From positions 1-64,000 of the IMG/VR virus record IMGVR_UViG_3300032116_000102: 64,000 nucleotides of DNA, one strand, 5' to 3'. The notes below the pieces were generated by a model. The model ran no database searches. It was not told the DNA's origin and worked only from the letters and a program-made list of their open reading frames with translations. The position numbers and the translations under genes are program-made. This DNA is from a virus. How positions within the stretch are numbered: the first letter of the stretch is position 1; every line of letters begins with the position of its first letter. Positions 1-10,186 of this stretch are shown piece by piece.

Positions 1-1738
1 TTTGTAAAGCCTCTAGAGTTCGATACAGATATGGAGTTAAATCCAACCTGGGATCGGCAGCCATCGGAAGGTTCGGTGACTGCGGGTGAGGGGTCTGCAT
101 CAGGCCACCCACCAGGCGAGAGAATTGGGCAAAAGCGCCTTGTAGTTCGCTCACCATCCTGAACGGGAACCCAGATAACATCTCGGCCCGTTCCTCATCC
201 GTCTTAGACGGAAAGAGGTATTTCAGTGCTTCAATGCTATCAACACCTAATTCTTGCAAGTTGCGTACCACAATGGAGTTGTTGAGTACGTCTTGCGTGG
301 AGTCCTCATAAACAGGTCCCGTCCACCTCCACAGCATAGTGACATCACCATCTGGGATGAGGCCAGTAACACCTGGAGGTACCGATTGCTCTTGGATAGC
401 AACGTTAATTGCTTCTTGGACTAACGCCTCAAACTGAGTTGCAGCTTCTGTATAAGCATCCTTTTCTTCTTTGGGTGCATCCGCCGCTGGCTCAACAGGA
501 CGCTCAATGCCAGCAGCGGCAGCAAGTGACATGCGGAACAGTTGCTCTTCCTGGTAAATAATTAGTTCAAGACAACGGCAGACACCATAGGTGTAAATTG
601 AATTCGCTTTCTTTTTCGATGTTGCAGATACGCGACCAAAAAGGGACTTGTATTCAGTTGCAGTTACACCAGCGGAAATCGATAGTTCGTCTACACCGCC
701 CAATGCAGTCCGAATTTCTTCACGGTATTGACGTGCAAAATTATTTTGGTCACCGGTAATAGCATCTGGAACAATGTAACCAACACGGTCGTTTGGCTCC
801 AGGTTTGCAATAACGCGTGGCACTCGGATCTGACCGTCGACACCACGGGAGACAGGATCAGACTTAAAAGTCGAACGGCTCAGTGGGCTGGCACCAGCAA
901 AACCTGAGTTGGCAGCAATCGATGGACGCTGCACCACTGATTCGCTACCTGCTTCCATCAGGTCCGTCTTGGGACGAGAGGACAGAAGGGTTGGGTTGCC
1001 AAAGAACTGGACGTTCTTGCGCATGGTGCGAACCAACTCATCATGCGTGACGATGTGATTGGCTAACGCATCAAATTCGCCAACGCCTTCTTTTGAGAAA
1101 CCTTTGGGATTATTAAAAATTTCAACACAGGGAATAAAACCAAGCGAGTTTTTAAAACTCTTGGTGCGGCCTGGCGCCATGGCTGAAGGCATCTCAAACG
1201 TCATCTCAGCGTCTGAGTGAGTTTCTTCGATTTCGTTTGCTTTGATCGATAGGCGGATGTAACGTTTAGCTCCCGGCTCACCAGAGATAGTGGTACCGCT
1301 GATATTGGAGACATTAATGCCGTCCTGCGGTCCACCAGCTCTGCGAACCTTGTAGCTGTAGATGATTACAACTTCCTCAAGTTCACCATCTACGTTGTAA
1401 TAACTACGATATTCGTGTTCGCGGAAATAATAAATTCGGTAATTTTGTTTTGTAGGACGGATGTAAAAAATGCCCTTGCCATCACAAAGGAAATAATCCC
1501 AGATGGAATCAAGGCGGATGTCAATTTGATTGTATTTAACTACGCGATCAACAAAGTCTTTACGTTGGGCACCAAAATTATCTTGCCCCGGAAAAAACTC
1601 AACCCCTTGGCGAATGCCAAAGAGTTTCATTTGCGCTAAGTGCGACGCAACAACGCCGGTATCAACAACCGTACCCGAGTCTTTCTCAAGGTATGACTGA
1701 ACGATTTCGTTAAGTCTGGCCTTAGCGTCTACAGCCAT
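1..1738 (-). CDS. Portal protein (3' end runs off window)
   Basis: Open frame from ATG 1738 (MAVDAKARLNEIVQSYLEKD...) to the left edge, >570 aa, not in the ORF track. Lies downstream of the terminase. Size, FIPCVEIFNNP...GVGEFD and W..PVYED segments are typical of portals. Confidence 0.75.
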   Translation of the reverse strand, partial: MAVDAKARLNEIVQSYLEKDSGTVVDTGVVASHLAQMKLFGIRQGVEFFPGQDNFGAQRKDFVDRVVKYNQIDIRLDSIWDYFLCDGKGIFYIRPTKQNYRIYYFREHEYRSYYNVDGELEEVVIIYSYKVRRAGGPQDGINVSNISGTTISGEPGAKRYIRLSIKANEIEETHSDAEMTFEMPSAMAPGRTKSFKNSLGFIPCVEIFNNPKGFSKEGVGEFDALANHIVTHDELVRTMRKNVQFFGNPTLLSSRPKTDLMEAGSESVVQRPSIAANSGFAGASPLSRSTFKSDPVSRGVDGQIRVPRVIANLEPNDRVGYIVPDAITGDQNNFARQYREEIRTALGGVDELSISAGVTATEYKSLFGRVSATSKKKANSIYTYGVCRCLELIIYQEEQLFRMSLAAAAGIERPVEPAADAPKEEKDAYTEAATQFEALVQEAINVAIQEQSVPPGVTGLIPDGDVTMLWRWTGPVYEDSTQDVLNNSIVVRNLQELGVDSIEALKYLFPSKTDEERAEMLSGFPFRMVSELQGAFAQFSRLVGGLMQTPHPQSPNLPMAADPRLDLTPYLYRTLEALQ

Positions 1739-1881
1739 TAACTATTTTCCTTTTCTTTTTTGATCTTAGCAGCTTTCGCTTGCTTCTTGTAAAAAAGCCA
1801 ACGCTCAAAATAAGCCAATTCAGCTGACGTAAATAAGTCAGGATGTTGAAGAGCTTGTTGAGCGAGCTTTTTCTTTTTCAT
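1738..1881 (-). CDS. Small basic hypothetical protein (47 aa)
   Basis: MKKKKLAQQALQHPDLFTSAELAYFERWLFYKK...; coupled by TAATG overlaps on both sides. Confidence 0.6.
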   Translation of the reverse strand: MKKKKLAQQALQHPDLFTSAELAYFERWLFYKKQAKAAKIKKEKENS

Positions 1882-2141
1882 TAAACACCACGGAAACCCG
1901 TGCCGCCGATACTAGTGCGCTGAAGGATGTCTTGAATTGCCTTATCGATCAACGGGCCAGAGCCCATTTCACCTTTTTGCAACGAGCGTAGAAGGATTTG
2001 ATCTTCTGCACGTTCGCGAGCAGTGTAAGGAGGATCCATGGCAATAGCATCAGCTGCCTGGCCAAACTGAGGACCCTTAAAGAATTGAGCGTTTGCCATA
2101 CCTGCCACATTACCAATGGGTGGCGTGGATTGGTAGTACAT
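1881..2141 (-). CDS. Hypothetical protein
   Basis: ORF track; tight packing in the minus-strand operon. Confidence 0.6.
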   Translation of the reverse strand: MYYQSTPPIGNVAGMANAQFFKGPQFGQAADAIAMDPPYTARERAEDQILLRSLQKGEMGSGPLIDKAIQDILQRTSIGGTGFRGV

Positions 2142-2142
2142 A

Positions 2143-2775
2143 TCAGAAGCGTCCCCCCATATTCATCATGGCTCCATAACCACCGGCACCTGGCATACCA
2201 GGCATCGGCTGAGTGCGCGTAACATTCACATCAAAACCAAAGGTTGGCGTTTGATAACCAAGGCCAAAACGGCCGCTTTGATCTTGAACGTTGTATTGGC
2301 CGCCAAAGTTAACGCTTTGATTTTTATCCAGCTGTGCACGGACATTGCCGCGAAGGTTTTTAACTTTTTCGTTTTCGATATCAACGCCAAAATTAACTGG
2401 AGGCTGACCGCCACCTTGCTGCTCCATTTGCTGCATCTGCTGCATCATTGCTTCGTAGTTTTGGGGGCCAACTCCCATTTGCCCACCAAGTGCTGCAGCA
2501 TTACCAAGTGCCTGCCCACCAGGATAAGCTTGGGCGATTAAAGTGCTTGAGTCAAGACCATAAGCCATGGGGAGTTGTGGACCCGTACGCTTCAAGAAAA
2601 TCTCCCGCTCATTAGGATTATCAGTTCCCATCCCTTTGTTATAAATTTTTTGTTGACGAGAGTCTTTTTTAAACGCCTCTGGATTGATGGCACTACCTTG
2701 ACCACCTAAGAAATTGCCACCGGCAAAAAGATTACCAGGTGCTCCAGGTACGTTTGACTCTCCGCTGTAATACAT
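2143..2775 (-). CDS. Gly/Gln-rich hypothetical (possible virion) protein
   Basis: 210 aa; TAGAAT -10 box about 22 nt upstream. Confidence 0.65.
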   Translation of the reverse strand: MYYSGESNVPGAPGNLFAGGNFLGGQGSAINPEAFKKDSRQQKIYNKGMGTDNPNEREIFLKRTGPQLPMAYGLDSSTLIAQAYPGGQALGNAAALGGQMGVGPQNYEAMMQQMQQMEQQGGGQPPVNFGVDIENEKVKNLRGNVRAQLDKNQSVNFGGQYNVQDQSGRFGLGYQTPTFGFDVNVTRTQPMPGMPGAGGYGAMMNMGGRF

Positions 2776-2799
2776 TTTTAATCCTTCAGTTTTTATATT

Positions 2800-2982
2800 C
2801 TACTCTTCTATAACTTCATAGCCAGATGAGTCGTGGACCTTTGAAAGGACGATGCCTTCACCGCGTACATCCCAATTAAGGATGTCGCCTTCTTGCCAGC
2901 CCAACTCTTCGATTACTTCTTCGGGGAACTCAATGTAAAGTTCTCCATTTTCGTCCTCTTGGACCTCAAGAATGTAACTCAT
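2800..2982 (-). CDS. AbrB/MazE-like swapped-hairpin domain protein
   Basis: LYIEFPEEVIEELGWQEGDILNWDVRGEGIVLSK pattern. Confidence 0.65.
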   Translation of the reverse strand: MSYILEVQEDENGELYIEFPEEVIEELGWQEGDILNWDVRGEGIVLSKVHDSSGYEVIEE

Positions 2983-3275
2983 TTTGCTTCGAGCAGTTTC
3001 TCAACTAGCTTATCAAGCTTCGCATTGATCTGATTAAAGTTATCATGCATCTGCTGGATCTCCCTCAAGAAGTCAACTTTAAGGACGTACTCTAGAGGCA
3101 TACGCTTTAAGTCGTCTTCCAAGATGTCAATCCTTCGTTTTTGAGATCCGATGTAATTAAAGGCTTGCTGGATTTGGTCGTTCTGTCTACCAAGTATTTT
3201 ACCTGCGACCCAACTTCCACCAGTAATAGCTGATACAACGGCCGTCAAGCCGATAGCAATGTATTCGGGACCCAC
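2979..3275 (-). CDS. Membrane-anchored coiled-coil protein
   Basis: N-terminal hydrophobic helix followed by a heptad pattern. Confidence 0.6.
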   Translation of the reverse strand: MGPEYIAIGLTAVVSAITGGSWVAGKILGRQNDQIQQAFNYIGSQKRRIDILEDDLKRMPLEYVLKVDFLREIQQMHDNFNQINAKLDKLVEKLLEAK

Positions 3276-3306
3276 GACCTAAAATGTATTTTTTCTAATT
3301 CTAAGT

Positions 3307-4833
3307 TCAGTAATCAAGCTGAAGCTGTCCTTTCCTTGCCAACCCAGTGACTAACCACACAAGTGCGTCGACCGTGTCATCGTGACTGCTAACGCCAAAA
3401 TTAGTCAGTTCTTCAAACATAGTAGTGAAATTCCTGTAGCGGTTAAAGATAATCTTGCGGTCTTCAAACATGCCCATGATTCCACGAAAGCGAGCAAGTT
3501 TATCGGCACGGAATCCTTTGACTGGATGCCAGATTAAGTTGTAAAGGCTCTCTTGATTTAAACAAACACGTTTGAAGTCGGCCTCCAGGGATGCCTGGTA
3601 CTGGACAGCTTCACTCCAAATGTCACACGTTGAATAGGTAGGGAAGTAATTATCGTTTGCATCCTTGCCAAGAATTGACCAGTCATTGAGAAGTTCTTTG
3701 AGGGCGTCCAGTTTCTCAAGGTTGCCCATGACGCGCAGGCGCCGATAATCAATGATGTGAATGCGATCTCCAATGCGACCACCAAGAACCATGACGGTGT
3801 AATCGTTCTTTTCCTTTGTACCAGCAGAAAGATCAACCCCAACTCCCAAGGTGTCAAACTCTGTAGAGATCTCAGCTTTAACAATCAGCTCAGGCGCAAG
3901 CGATAGCTCGTTCTGTCTGATGATTTGATTCATGTACTGGAATGAAAAAGCAATTGGTGCTTGCCTTTTCTTTTCCTTTAGGTAGTCCAATGACCACATC
4001 TCTGGCCAATAGGAAATTTCATCCCCAGTCTTGGGATCATTGCCAATGGCGGAAAGAACAATTTGCGTCCAGTTGTTTTGTTCGTTGAATGTAGTGGCAT
4101 GAATATCGTCATGTCGGAAGCGAGTGCCAAGGCAGATCGCCCTTGCACCCTCAAACATGGTTGGTGCAATCACAGCATTCCAGTTGTCCTGCATCATCTT
4201 TCGGATGTCAGGGTTAGAAATATCCGCAGCTGATTTAATAGCGTCATCAATCATGACGAGGTGAGAACGCTTGGAGGTCACCGAACCCTTAAGACCTGCG
4301 GCGCAAAGCGTAAATTGTTCGTCACCTGTTACGTCAATACCAGCAAACTTGTGATCAATGGACCAGTACTCATTACTGGTGACATTCTTGAGCAGACGTA
4401 CCTCAGGGAATACTTCTTGATATCGTTTGCTTTCAATGATTCTTTTAATGGTTGCCGACTTAGAGCGAGCAATATCAACCGTATAGGACAAATACAGGAT
4501 TTGAAGCGGACGCTTGGCTTGCGTGTGGATTCCAATAGCCCAAGCTGTCAACAAGCCAAGGACTGTACTTTTGGCTGAACCCCGTGGGGCAAGTAGATCA
4601 ACGTTGGGTCCAGCAATCCGAAGCAGGCAGCTACTGTCCTCTTCTGTTACAAAGTGACGATGCCAGTCTTTATGGTGTTGAGCAGGAGGCTTATCAGCTA
4701 CGTACTCACAAAAGAAACCAAAATCTTCCCGTGCCTTTTTAAGGGAATCAATATCTTTATGTGGCTTGATCGCGTAGTTTTTGGAAGCAGCACGTGCGTT
4801 CCTTCGATAAGCCAGATGAAGATAAGAAGGCAC
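3307..4833 (-). CDS. terL: Terminase large subunit
   Basis: Walker A APRGSAKST, Walker B LVMIDD, GTRF coupling motif, RNase H-like GVDLS and HDDTVDA. Confidence 0.93.
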   Translation of the reverse strand: MPSYLHLAYRRNARAASKNYAIKPHKDIDSLKKAREDFGFFCEYVADKPPAQHHKDWHRHFVTEEDSSCLLRIAGPNVDLLAPRGSAKSTVLGLLTAWAIGIHTQAKRPLQILYLSYTVDIARSKSATIKRIIESKRYQEVFPEVRLLKNVTSNEYWSIDHKFAGIDVTGDEQFTLCAAGLKGSVTSKRSHLVMIDDAIKSAADISNPDIRKMMQDNWNAVIAPTMFEGARAICLGTRFRHDDIHATTFNEQNNWTQIVLSAIGNDPKTGDEISYWPEMWSLDYLKEKKRQAPIAFSFQYMNQIIRQNELSLAPELIVKAEISTEFDTLGVGVDLSAGTKEKNDYTVMVLGGRIGDRIHIIDYRRLRVMGNLEKLDALKELLNDWSILGKDANDNYFPTYSTCDIWSEAVQYQASLEADFKRVCLNQESLYNLIWHPVKGFRADKLARFRGIMGMFEDRKIIFNRYRNFTTMFEELTNFGVSSHDDTVDALVWLVTGLARKGQLQLDY

Positions 4834-4865
4834 GGATAATATTCAATCAGTTACTGAATACTAAC

Positions 4866-5027
4866 TCAATCTTCTTGTTCTTTACGTTTCTTGTTTTGAT
4901 ACTTACGTGCTTTATCAAGAGCAGCGCGACGTTTTTCTTTGTCGTTCATCTCTGTGCCGTCCTCATTTTTTGCTTCTTTTTTCTTGAAGTGTTCAAGAAG
5001 TTGAGGCGGCATTTTTCCTTTGGCCAT
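4866..5027 (-). CDS. Small Lys-rich protein (53 aa)
   Basis: MAKGKMPPQLLEHFKKKEAK...; own TAAAAT box upstream; below ORF-track cutoff. Confidence 0.6.
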   Translation of the reverse strand: MAKGKMPPQLLEHFKKKEAKNEDGTEMNDKEKRRAALDKARKYQNKKRKEQED

Positions 5028-5058
5028 AACAAATGTTTTTCTTTATTTTAATGTCCGT

Positions 5059-5613
5059 TTATTCTTCTAGTTGCATGCGAGCCCAAACGCTCATGCTTGC
5101 TTCATGCAAAGGAGATTCCACAGGGTCATCTTTAAAGATAAACATTAACTCGCGAATGGCGCGATCAGCTCCAGCCATCAACAAGCCTTTGCGATCTTTG
5201 ACTGAAGTGTACTGTTCAACTTGATTGATTGTGCCGCGCAATTCTTTTTCCATTGCGGCAATACGGGCAACACCTGCATCGCGTTTAACAACACAGTTTT
5301 CAATATCATCTCGAAGCTTGCGGATATCCTCCCGCATTTCTTCAATTTCCATAAGAAGCATTTTCCTATGATCAGGCTTTGGATACTGATTCTTAATCCA
5401 TGCTTCGCACGAAATAATATTGCCTACATAGCCAAGGAAACGAGCATAGAGAAAACATTCAATGAATGAATAGTTCTCACAGGAGAAGGCATGAAAAGAT
5501 TCTTGAACAGCAGAAGACTGCTCAAGAAACCACTCTTCAAAAGCGTTCGTATCAAGCGAGTTAACGCCGTCAGTTTTTTTAGTAGGTGTATGCCGCTTTT
5601 GCTGTACGCTCAT
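5059..5613 (-). CDS. Hypothetical helical protein, possible terminase small subunit
   Basis: Size, coiled-coil and position upstream of terL; function inferred from position only. Confidence 0.4.
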   Translation of the reverse strand: MSVQQKRHTPTKKTDGVNSLDTNAFEEWFLEQSSAVQESFHAFSCENYSFIECFLYARFLGYVGNIISCEAWIKNQYPKPDHRKMLLMEIEEMREDIRKLRDDIENCVVKRDAGVARIAAMEKELRGTINQVEQYTSVKDRKGLLMAGADRAIRELMFIFKDDPVESPLHEASMSVWARMQLEE

Positions 5614-6520
5614 TCCACTGCTTTTGGCGGTACTTGGAAGATTCTAACTCGCCCAAGAGGTTTCTAAAGAGATCAGGGTCAAATGCCCCGGTGTCTTTTA
5701 CTTCAGAGAAAGATTGAAGCCAATTATCAAATTCACTTGGACCGGCAGCCACAGGCTCTTGTGTTGGAGTGGTAACCGCTTCAGGTTCTTGACGTTGACT
5801 TAATTGTGTAGTCAAATCACCAAGTTGTGTTTTAAGGCCACCAATTTCTTCTCCATAACTGGATTTTAGCTCTTCCAGGAGTTTATCTAGTTCTTCTTGG
5901 GTGTAGCCACCAGGAGGATTGCCTCCTGGAGGAGGGTTTTCTCCTGGTGGAGGATTGCCTCCTGGAGGAGGTTGTTGAGCTGCTGCATCACGTGCTGCTG
6001 TTACTGCAGTTTTCTTTTGCTCTTGAAGACTTTCAACACGTCCACCTTTGCCAAGATCTTTTAACTTGCCAAGAATGTCTTTAAATTTACCTGGATCTGC
6101 AATGCCTTCACTAGTCGCGCCCGCGATCATACCCTTGGCTTTTTCAGTCAAGGTCTGAACACGATCTTGTTTCTTATCAGTTTGCTTTGCTGGCGTACCT
6201 GTTTTTTGTTGTGCTACGGGCGTAGGCGTTGGCATAGCCGCCTGATACGTCTTTGCGACCTCGACAGCTTTTTGTCCCTTAGGTTTATCATCTTTCTTGT
6301 CATCTTTTTTGCCTCCACCCCCAGTGTCTTTTTTCTGGGCAGGAGATGGCTCTACAGCGCGGGGAGTTGGTGCCGGGGGAGGTGCAGGCCTTGGAGCGGG
6401 AGCAGGTGCGGGCGCTGGTGCAGGGGCAGACCGTGCTCCGCCACCACCACCTCCACCCCCTCCTCCGGAAGGAGCACCGCCACCGCCGCCACCTTTGTTG
6501 CCGCCGCCACCTTTTGCCAT
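5579..6520 (-). CDS. Gly/Pro-rich low-complexity protein
   Basis: Poly-G, (PA)n and 3x G(G/E)NPP repeats; coiled-coil C-terminus. Confidence 0.7.
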   Translation of the reverse strand: MAKGGGGNKGGGGGGAPSGGGGGGGGGGARSAPAPAPAPAPAPRPAPPPAPTPRAVEPSPAQKKDTGGGGKKDDKKDDKPKGQKAVEVAKTYQAAMPTPTPVAQQKTGTPAKQTDKKQDRVQTLTEKAKGMIAGATSEGIADPGKFKDILGKLKDLGKGGRVESLQEQKKTAVTAARDAAAQQPPPGGNPPPGENPPPGGNPPGGYTQEELDKLLEELKSSYGEEIGGLKTQLGDLTTQLSQRQEPEAVTTPTQEPVAAGPSEFDNWLQSFSEVKDTGAFDPDLFRNLLGELESSKYRQKQWNERTAKAAYTY

Positions 6521-6522
6521 AT

Positions 6523-6669
6523 TTATTCCTCTGGGTTGTATACAGGTTTTGCTTTAGTTTCTTGCTGCTCTTTTGATCTTTTTAAGGTGTCAAGCAAGTT
6601 CTTGAAACCTTGCACATCAAAAGGAGAATCTTGAGAAGATTCCTGAGTAGCAGAAGAATTAAAGTCCAT
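6523..6669 (-). CDS. Small hypothetical protein (48 aa)
   Basis: MDFNSSATQ...FDVQGFKNLLDTLKRSKEQQ; shares a motif with the C-terminus of 5579-6520. Confidence 0.55.
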   Translation of the reverse strand: MDFNSSATQESSQDSPFDVQGFKNLLDTLKRSKEQQETKAKPVYNPEE

Positions 6670-6701
6670 CGTATTAACTAAAATTAATTATATCAGCAGC
6701 T

Positions 6702-7445
6702 TTAGAAAGCAGAAGGAATCAAGTTGTACAGATAATTAGCTTGTTGCATGCGTGATTTGGTCAAGTCGGTTGCTTGCTCCATGCGTGCACGGCGCTCTGC
6801 CGATTTAGCTTGAATTTTATAAGGATCAATTTGAGCCATATACTCCATTTCTGCAATGGTTGAGCCTGGCGCGTCATCTGGGTTGATGCCCGCATAAATA
6901 CCGCTAACAGTTCCAGGGGGGACCGTAGTGATCGCGGAAGAAGTGTCAGTACCTGTCACTGTGATTTCTGGCTTTGCAGACCAGCGGCCGGTTGTTGGGT
7001 CAAGCTGATAATTGCCTTGGCCCATAAACTTAGATACTTGTTCGTCTAGTTCACCTTGAGCAAATTTGCCGGCAAGATATGAACGAATATCTTTCTCGCC
7101 AAAACCTGCACCCGTCGCTTTACTTAAAACATCTTGCGTAATATTCCCCGCTTTAGTGTAATACCCATCCTGCTGGGTATACCCTTGTTTTTCAAACTTC
7201 TTGCGGAGATCTTTTGCTAATTGATTGGCAGCATAAGTACGGCCAACGGTAGAAAGATAATCAGTGCCACCTGATTTTTCATAAACTTTTTGACCACCGC
7301 GCACTTCGGCAGCGGTAATAGTCTTCCCTTTGCCTTTTTTGCCGGATTGTTGAATTGCCTTTGTTAGTTCTTTCCTTGGCGCACCACTTAACTGTACACC
7401 TTTGCGACGAGCCTGTTCAATTAAAGACTCAAGAGCGTCTGCCAT
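6702..7445 (-). CDS. Putative internal virion protein
   Basis: 247 aa in the late minus-strand cluster; TATACT box upstream. Confidence 0.55.
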   Translation of the reverse strand: MADALESLIEQARRKGVQLSGAPRKELTKAIQQSGKKGKGKTITAAEVRGGQKVYEKSGGTDYLSTVGRTYAANQLAKDLRKKFEKQGYTQQDGYYTKAGNITQDVLSKATGAGFGEKDIRSYLAGKFAQGELDEQVSKFMGQGNYQLDPTTGRWSAKPEITVTGTDTSSAITTVPPGTVSGIYAGINPDDAPGSTIAEMEYMAQIDPYKIQAKSAERRARMEQATDLTKSRMQQANYLYNLIPSAF

Positions 7446-7483
7446 TTAATATCTATCCGTTATCTATAGTATAAAAGATACAA

Positions 7484-8221
7484 TCAACTGTAATTTACGG
7501 TTGAGCCAGGTTTAAAGCGGTAAGTACCGGTAAATGTACCTCCAGGGGTTTGGTAGCCTACACCGTACTTTCCACCACCAGGCAGGTTAGCTGCAAATGC
7601 CAGGGGGTTCTTGCGGATATATTCCGGAGAAGACAGCATCTTCTGCCCCAGGAATTGAGAAAAGGCCTCTGGCGATGTCTTACCCAGAGCACGCGCTGCT
7701 GCTTCCGTAGACTTGATGTCTTCTTCTGATAAACCAATACCCAAAGAACGGGCTGCAAACTCCTGGAATGGGCGATATTTTTCTACAGTACCTTCAGGGG
7801 CAAGACCTGCTTTTAGGCTTCCAAGTTGCTCAGCAGTCTTAAATGCATCGGGAATGTTGTAGGCCAGGCCAAAGTCTGCATATAAATCAGAAGCTTCAAT
7901 TGCGCTACGCTCTCCACGTCCAATTTGACCGGCAAGAAACTGAGCGTAATCAGCAGCAGACTCTCTGGTTACTTTTTCTGTTTCTTGAATTTCTTTAACA
8001 GGAAGAGCACCAATTTTCTTAATGTCTTTAATGGCTGCTTTATATCCTGTTCGATCTTTCTTTTCAGTGGGTTTTGGTTGGCCACCACCAAAGAAGCTGC
8101 CGAGCGCAGTGACAGGTGCAATGCCTAACTTTTCTTCAATTGCCCCAAGGCGATCCGAAACCTCTGTGGTATCGGTACCGGTGCGCTTGGTAGCATAATC
8201 AAAATAGTTATTGGCTGGCAT
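7484..8221 (-). CDS. Putative internal virion protein
   Basis: 245 aa, Ala/Gly-rich, same cluster. Confidence 0.55.
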   Translation of the reverse strand: MPANNYFDYATKRTGTDTTEVSDRLGAIEEKLGIAPVTALGSFFGGGQPKPTEKKDRTGYKAAIKDIKKIGALPVKEIQETEKVTRESAADYAQFLAGQIGRGERSAIEASDLYADFGLAYNIPDAFKTAEQLGSLKAGLAPEGTVEKYRPFQEFAARSLGIGLSEEDIKSTEAAARALGKTSPEAFSQFLGQKMLSSPEYIRKNPLAFAANLPGGGKYGVGYQTPGGTFTGTYRFKPGSTVNYS

Positions 8222-8251
8222 AGCGCTTCATCGACTTGTATTTATTTTATA

Positions 8252-8767
8252 TCACGCAAACAAAGCGGAAGGAGGCATGAATCCAGGCATTGCATTGCGA
8301 AGACGATCTTCGTAACGCTCAACAGAACGCAACGTATTAAATGCCGGATTATTTGCTTCGATATTTGCTTTTTGAACAAGATCTCGTGCAGCATTTACAC
8401 GGGCAAGTGCGCCACCTGCTCCTCCTTCATAACGAGAAGTCAGATAGTCATAACCAAAGCCTGCTTGCTTGCCCCGCAAAGAAGCAACGGCACCTGTTTG
8501 AGCAGCTTTCTCAGTAGCCGCAGCAGCTGTTTTTGCAGCATCTTCTACTGCTTGAGCTTGTTCTCGTGCAGCTTGTTCTTGTTTGGAAGCACCAAAGATA
8601 CCTGCTCCGATACTTGCAACACTTAAGCCAATTGTAACGGGATCCATACCTGTAGGTTTAGCTGACGATACTGCTGAGCCGGTAAAACCAGTTGATGAAA
8701 CTGGAGAAGAAACATTTGAATAGCTAGTATTTGGAATACTGCTTAGTGGTGTGCCGAATCCAGCCAT
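8252..8767 (-). CDS. Putative ejection/internal virion protein
   Basis: MDPVTIGLSVASIGAGIFGASKQEQAAREQA: hydrophobic Gly helix followed by Q/A-rich helix, as in podovirus ejection proteins. Confidence 0.55.
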   Translation of the reverse strand: MAGFGTPLSSIPNTSYSNVSSPVSSTGFTGSAVSSAKPTGMDPVTIGLSVASIGAGIFGASKQEQAAREQAQAVEDAAKTAAAATEKAAQTGAVASLRGKQAGFGYDYLTSRYEGGAGGALARVNAARDLVQKANIEANNPAFNTLRSVERYEDRLRNAMPGFMPPSALFA

Positions 8768-8787
8768 GACTTAATTATATGCCAGTG

Positions 8788-9243
8788 TTAGCTAAAGGTC
8801 CGGCCACGAGGAATATCAATGGCTGGCATCGAACCGTAGGCAGAACGAATCTGATCTGGAATGCCTGCCAGGATCTGGAGACGTGGGGCGTTGTAGCGCA
8901 TTTGCGCCAAGCTGCTTCCAATTTGAGTAATGGTTTGCGGAATGCTTGCCATCAGGTTGTACTGGAATGAACGCTTGTCACGTTCAGCCTGAATCTTGGC
9001 GGCACCAGCAGCTTCCTCTGCGCGGAACTCCTTCATTACCTTGAGTAATTCACCGAAACGTGAAGGATCGTTGTAAATATCTTCCCGTTTACGGTTTAAA
9101 AGAAGAGCACCAGCAATATCTGGACTCATCTTCTTTAAGATATCCTGCTCCCAAGGATCGTACGCACCTGCTTGCGGAGTCATGGCACTACCCATGCCAG
9201 ACGAAGCAGAAACAAAGCTTCCAAACATAGAGGGGTCTGCCAT
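8788..9243 (-). CDS. Putative virion protein
   Basis: ORF track; operon context. Confidence 0.55.
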   Translation of the reverse strand: MADPSMFGSFVSASSGMGSAMTPQAGAYDPWEQDILKKMSPDIAGALLLNRKREDIYNDPSRFGELLKVMKEFRAEEAAGAAKIQAERDKRSFQYNLMASIPQTITQIGSSLAQMRYNAPRLQILAGIPDQIRSAYGSMPAIDIPRGRTFS

Positions 9244-9254
9244 GAATCTATACC

Positions 9255-10151
9255 TCAGCTAATAGAAATGTTTGGAGCACCAAGTGCAACCACGTAGGGA
9301 TTCGTGGCCAGAGCCTGACGCATTGTTGCACCACGCTCGCGTTGAGCGCCAAGAGCAAGATTGGCTTGTGCGCCAACCATCATCTGTTGGATATAAGCAT
9401 TGTTCTGAGTGTTAACCATTGCTTGTGCACGGGTTAACTGATCGTTTGCAAGTTTCGTGGTGATAGGAAGCATTGACTTTGCCATTGTCACCTCTTGCTC
9501 ATTCTGGAACTGCGTCAGGTCCTTCAGATTGGAGGTGGTCATGCCCATCATGGTGCCGTAATAATCAAGCTGACGCTTTTGATTACGGTTCGTGAAATCT
9601 TCTTGGGCTGCGGCATCATTAAGGTTGATGCGTCCCAGGGGGGTATCAATGAAACGAGGTGGTTGAGCAACTTCGGTCCCCGTCTTGCCGGTGGGTGGTT
9701 TACCGGTGTAAGCAGAGACTGCTGCTTCTGCTGCGCCACCACCCAGGATGCCACCAAGAGCAGAGCCAGCAAGGCCGCCAATCACAGTGCCAACACCTGG
9801 AAGAAGTGCGGTACCAAGAGCGGCTCCAGCTGCACCACCTGCGGCAGAACCTACAAGGCCACCAGCGGCTTCAGCAGGACGGCCTTCCATCAAGGAAGGG
9901 ATAGCCATCAAAGCACCGCCGGCTAAACCGCCACGCAGGCCAGCGCGCATCGGTTTGTTACGAATATATTCCCCAGCGCCTTTAGCTTTTTCTTGTACAG
10001 ACTCAATGGTCCCGCCAAGACCGGCTTGAAGACGTGCAGCTTGTTCGTTCAAGAACTGTTGTGCCTGTTCACGGCGACCAGAAGACTGGGCTGGAGCTGC
10101 CCCGCTTGCTACTGGAGTGACAATGGGCCTGCCGTATTGATCAACTAACAT
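9255..10151 (-). CDS. Glycine-zipper protein, putative ejection protein
   Basis: GGLVGSAAGGAAGAALGTALLPGVGTVIGGLAGSALGG glycine zipper plus Gln-rich tail. Confidence 0.6.
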   Translation of the reverse strand: MLVDQYGRPIVTPVASGAAPAQSSGRREQAQQFLNEQAARLQAGLGGTIESVQEKAKGAGEYIRNKPMRAGLRGGLAGGALMAIPSLMEGRPAEAAGGLVGSAAGGAAGAALGTALLPGVGTVIGGLAGSALGGILGGGAAEAAVSAYTGKPPTGKTGTEVAQPPRFIDTPLGRINLNDAAAQEDFTNRNQKRQLDYYGTMMGMTTSNLKDLTQFQNEQEVTMAKSMLPITTKLANDQLTRAQAMVNTQNNAYIQQMMVGAQANLALGAQRERGATMRQALATNPYVVALGAPNISIS

Positions 10152-10186
10152 TGAATCGACCGCCGTTTGCTTATATTTCTTATATC

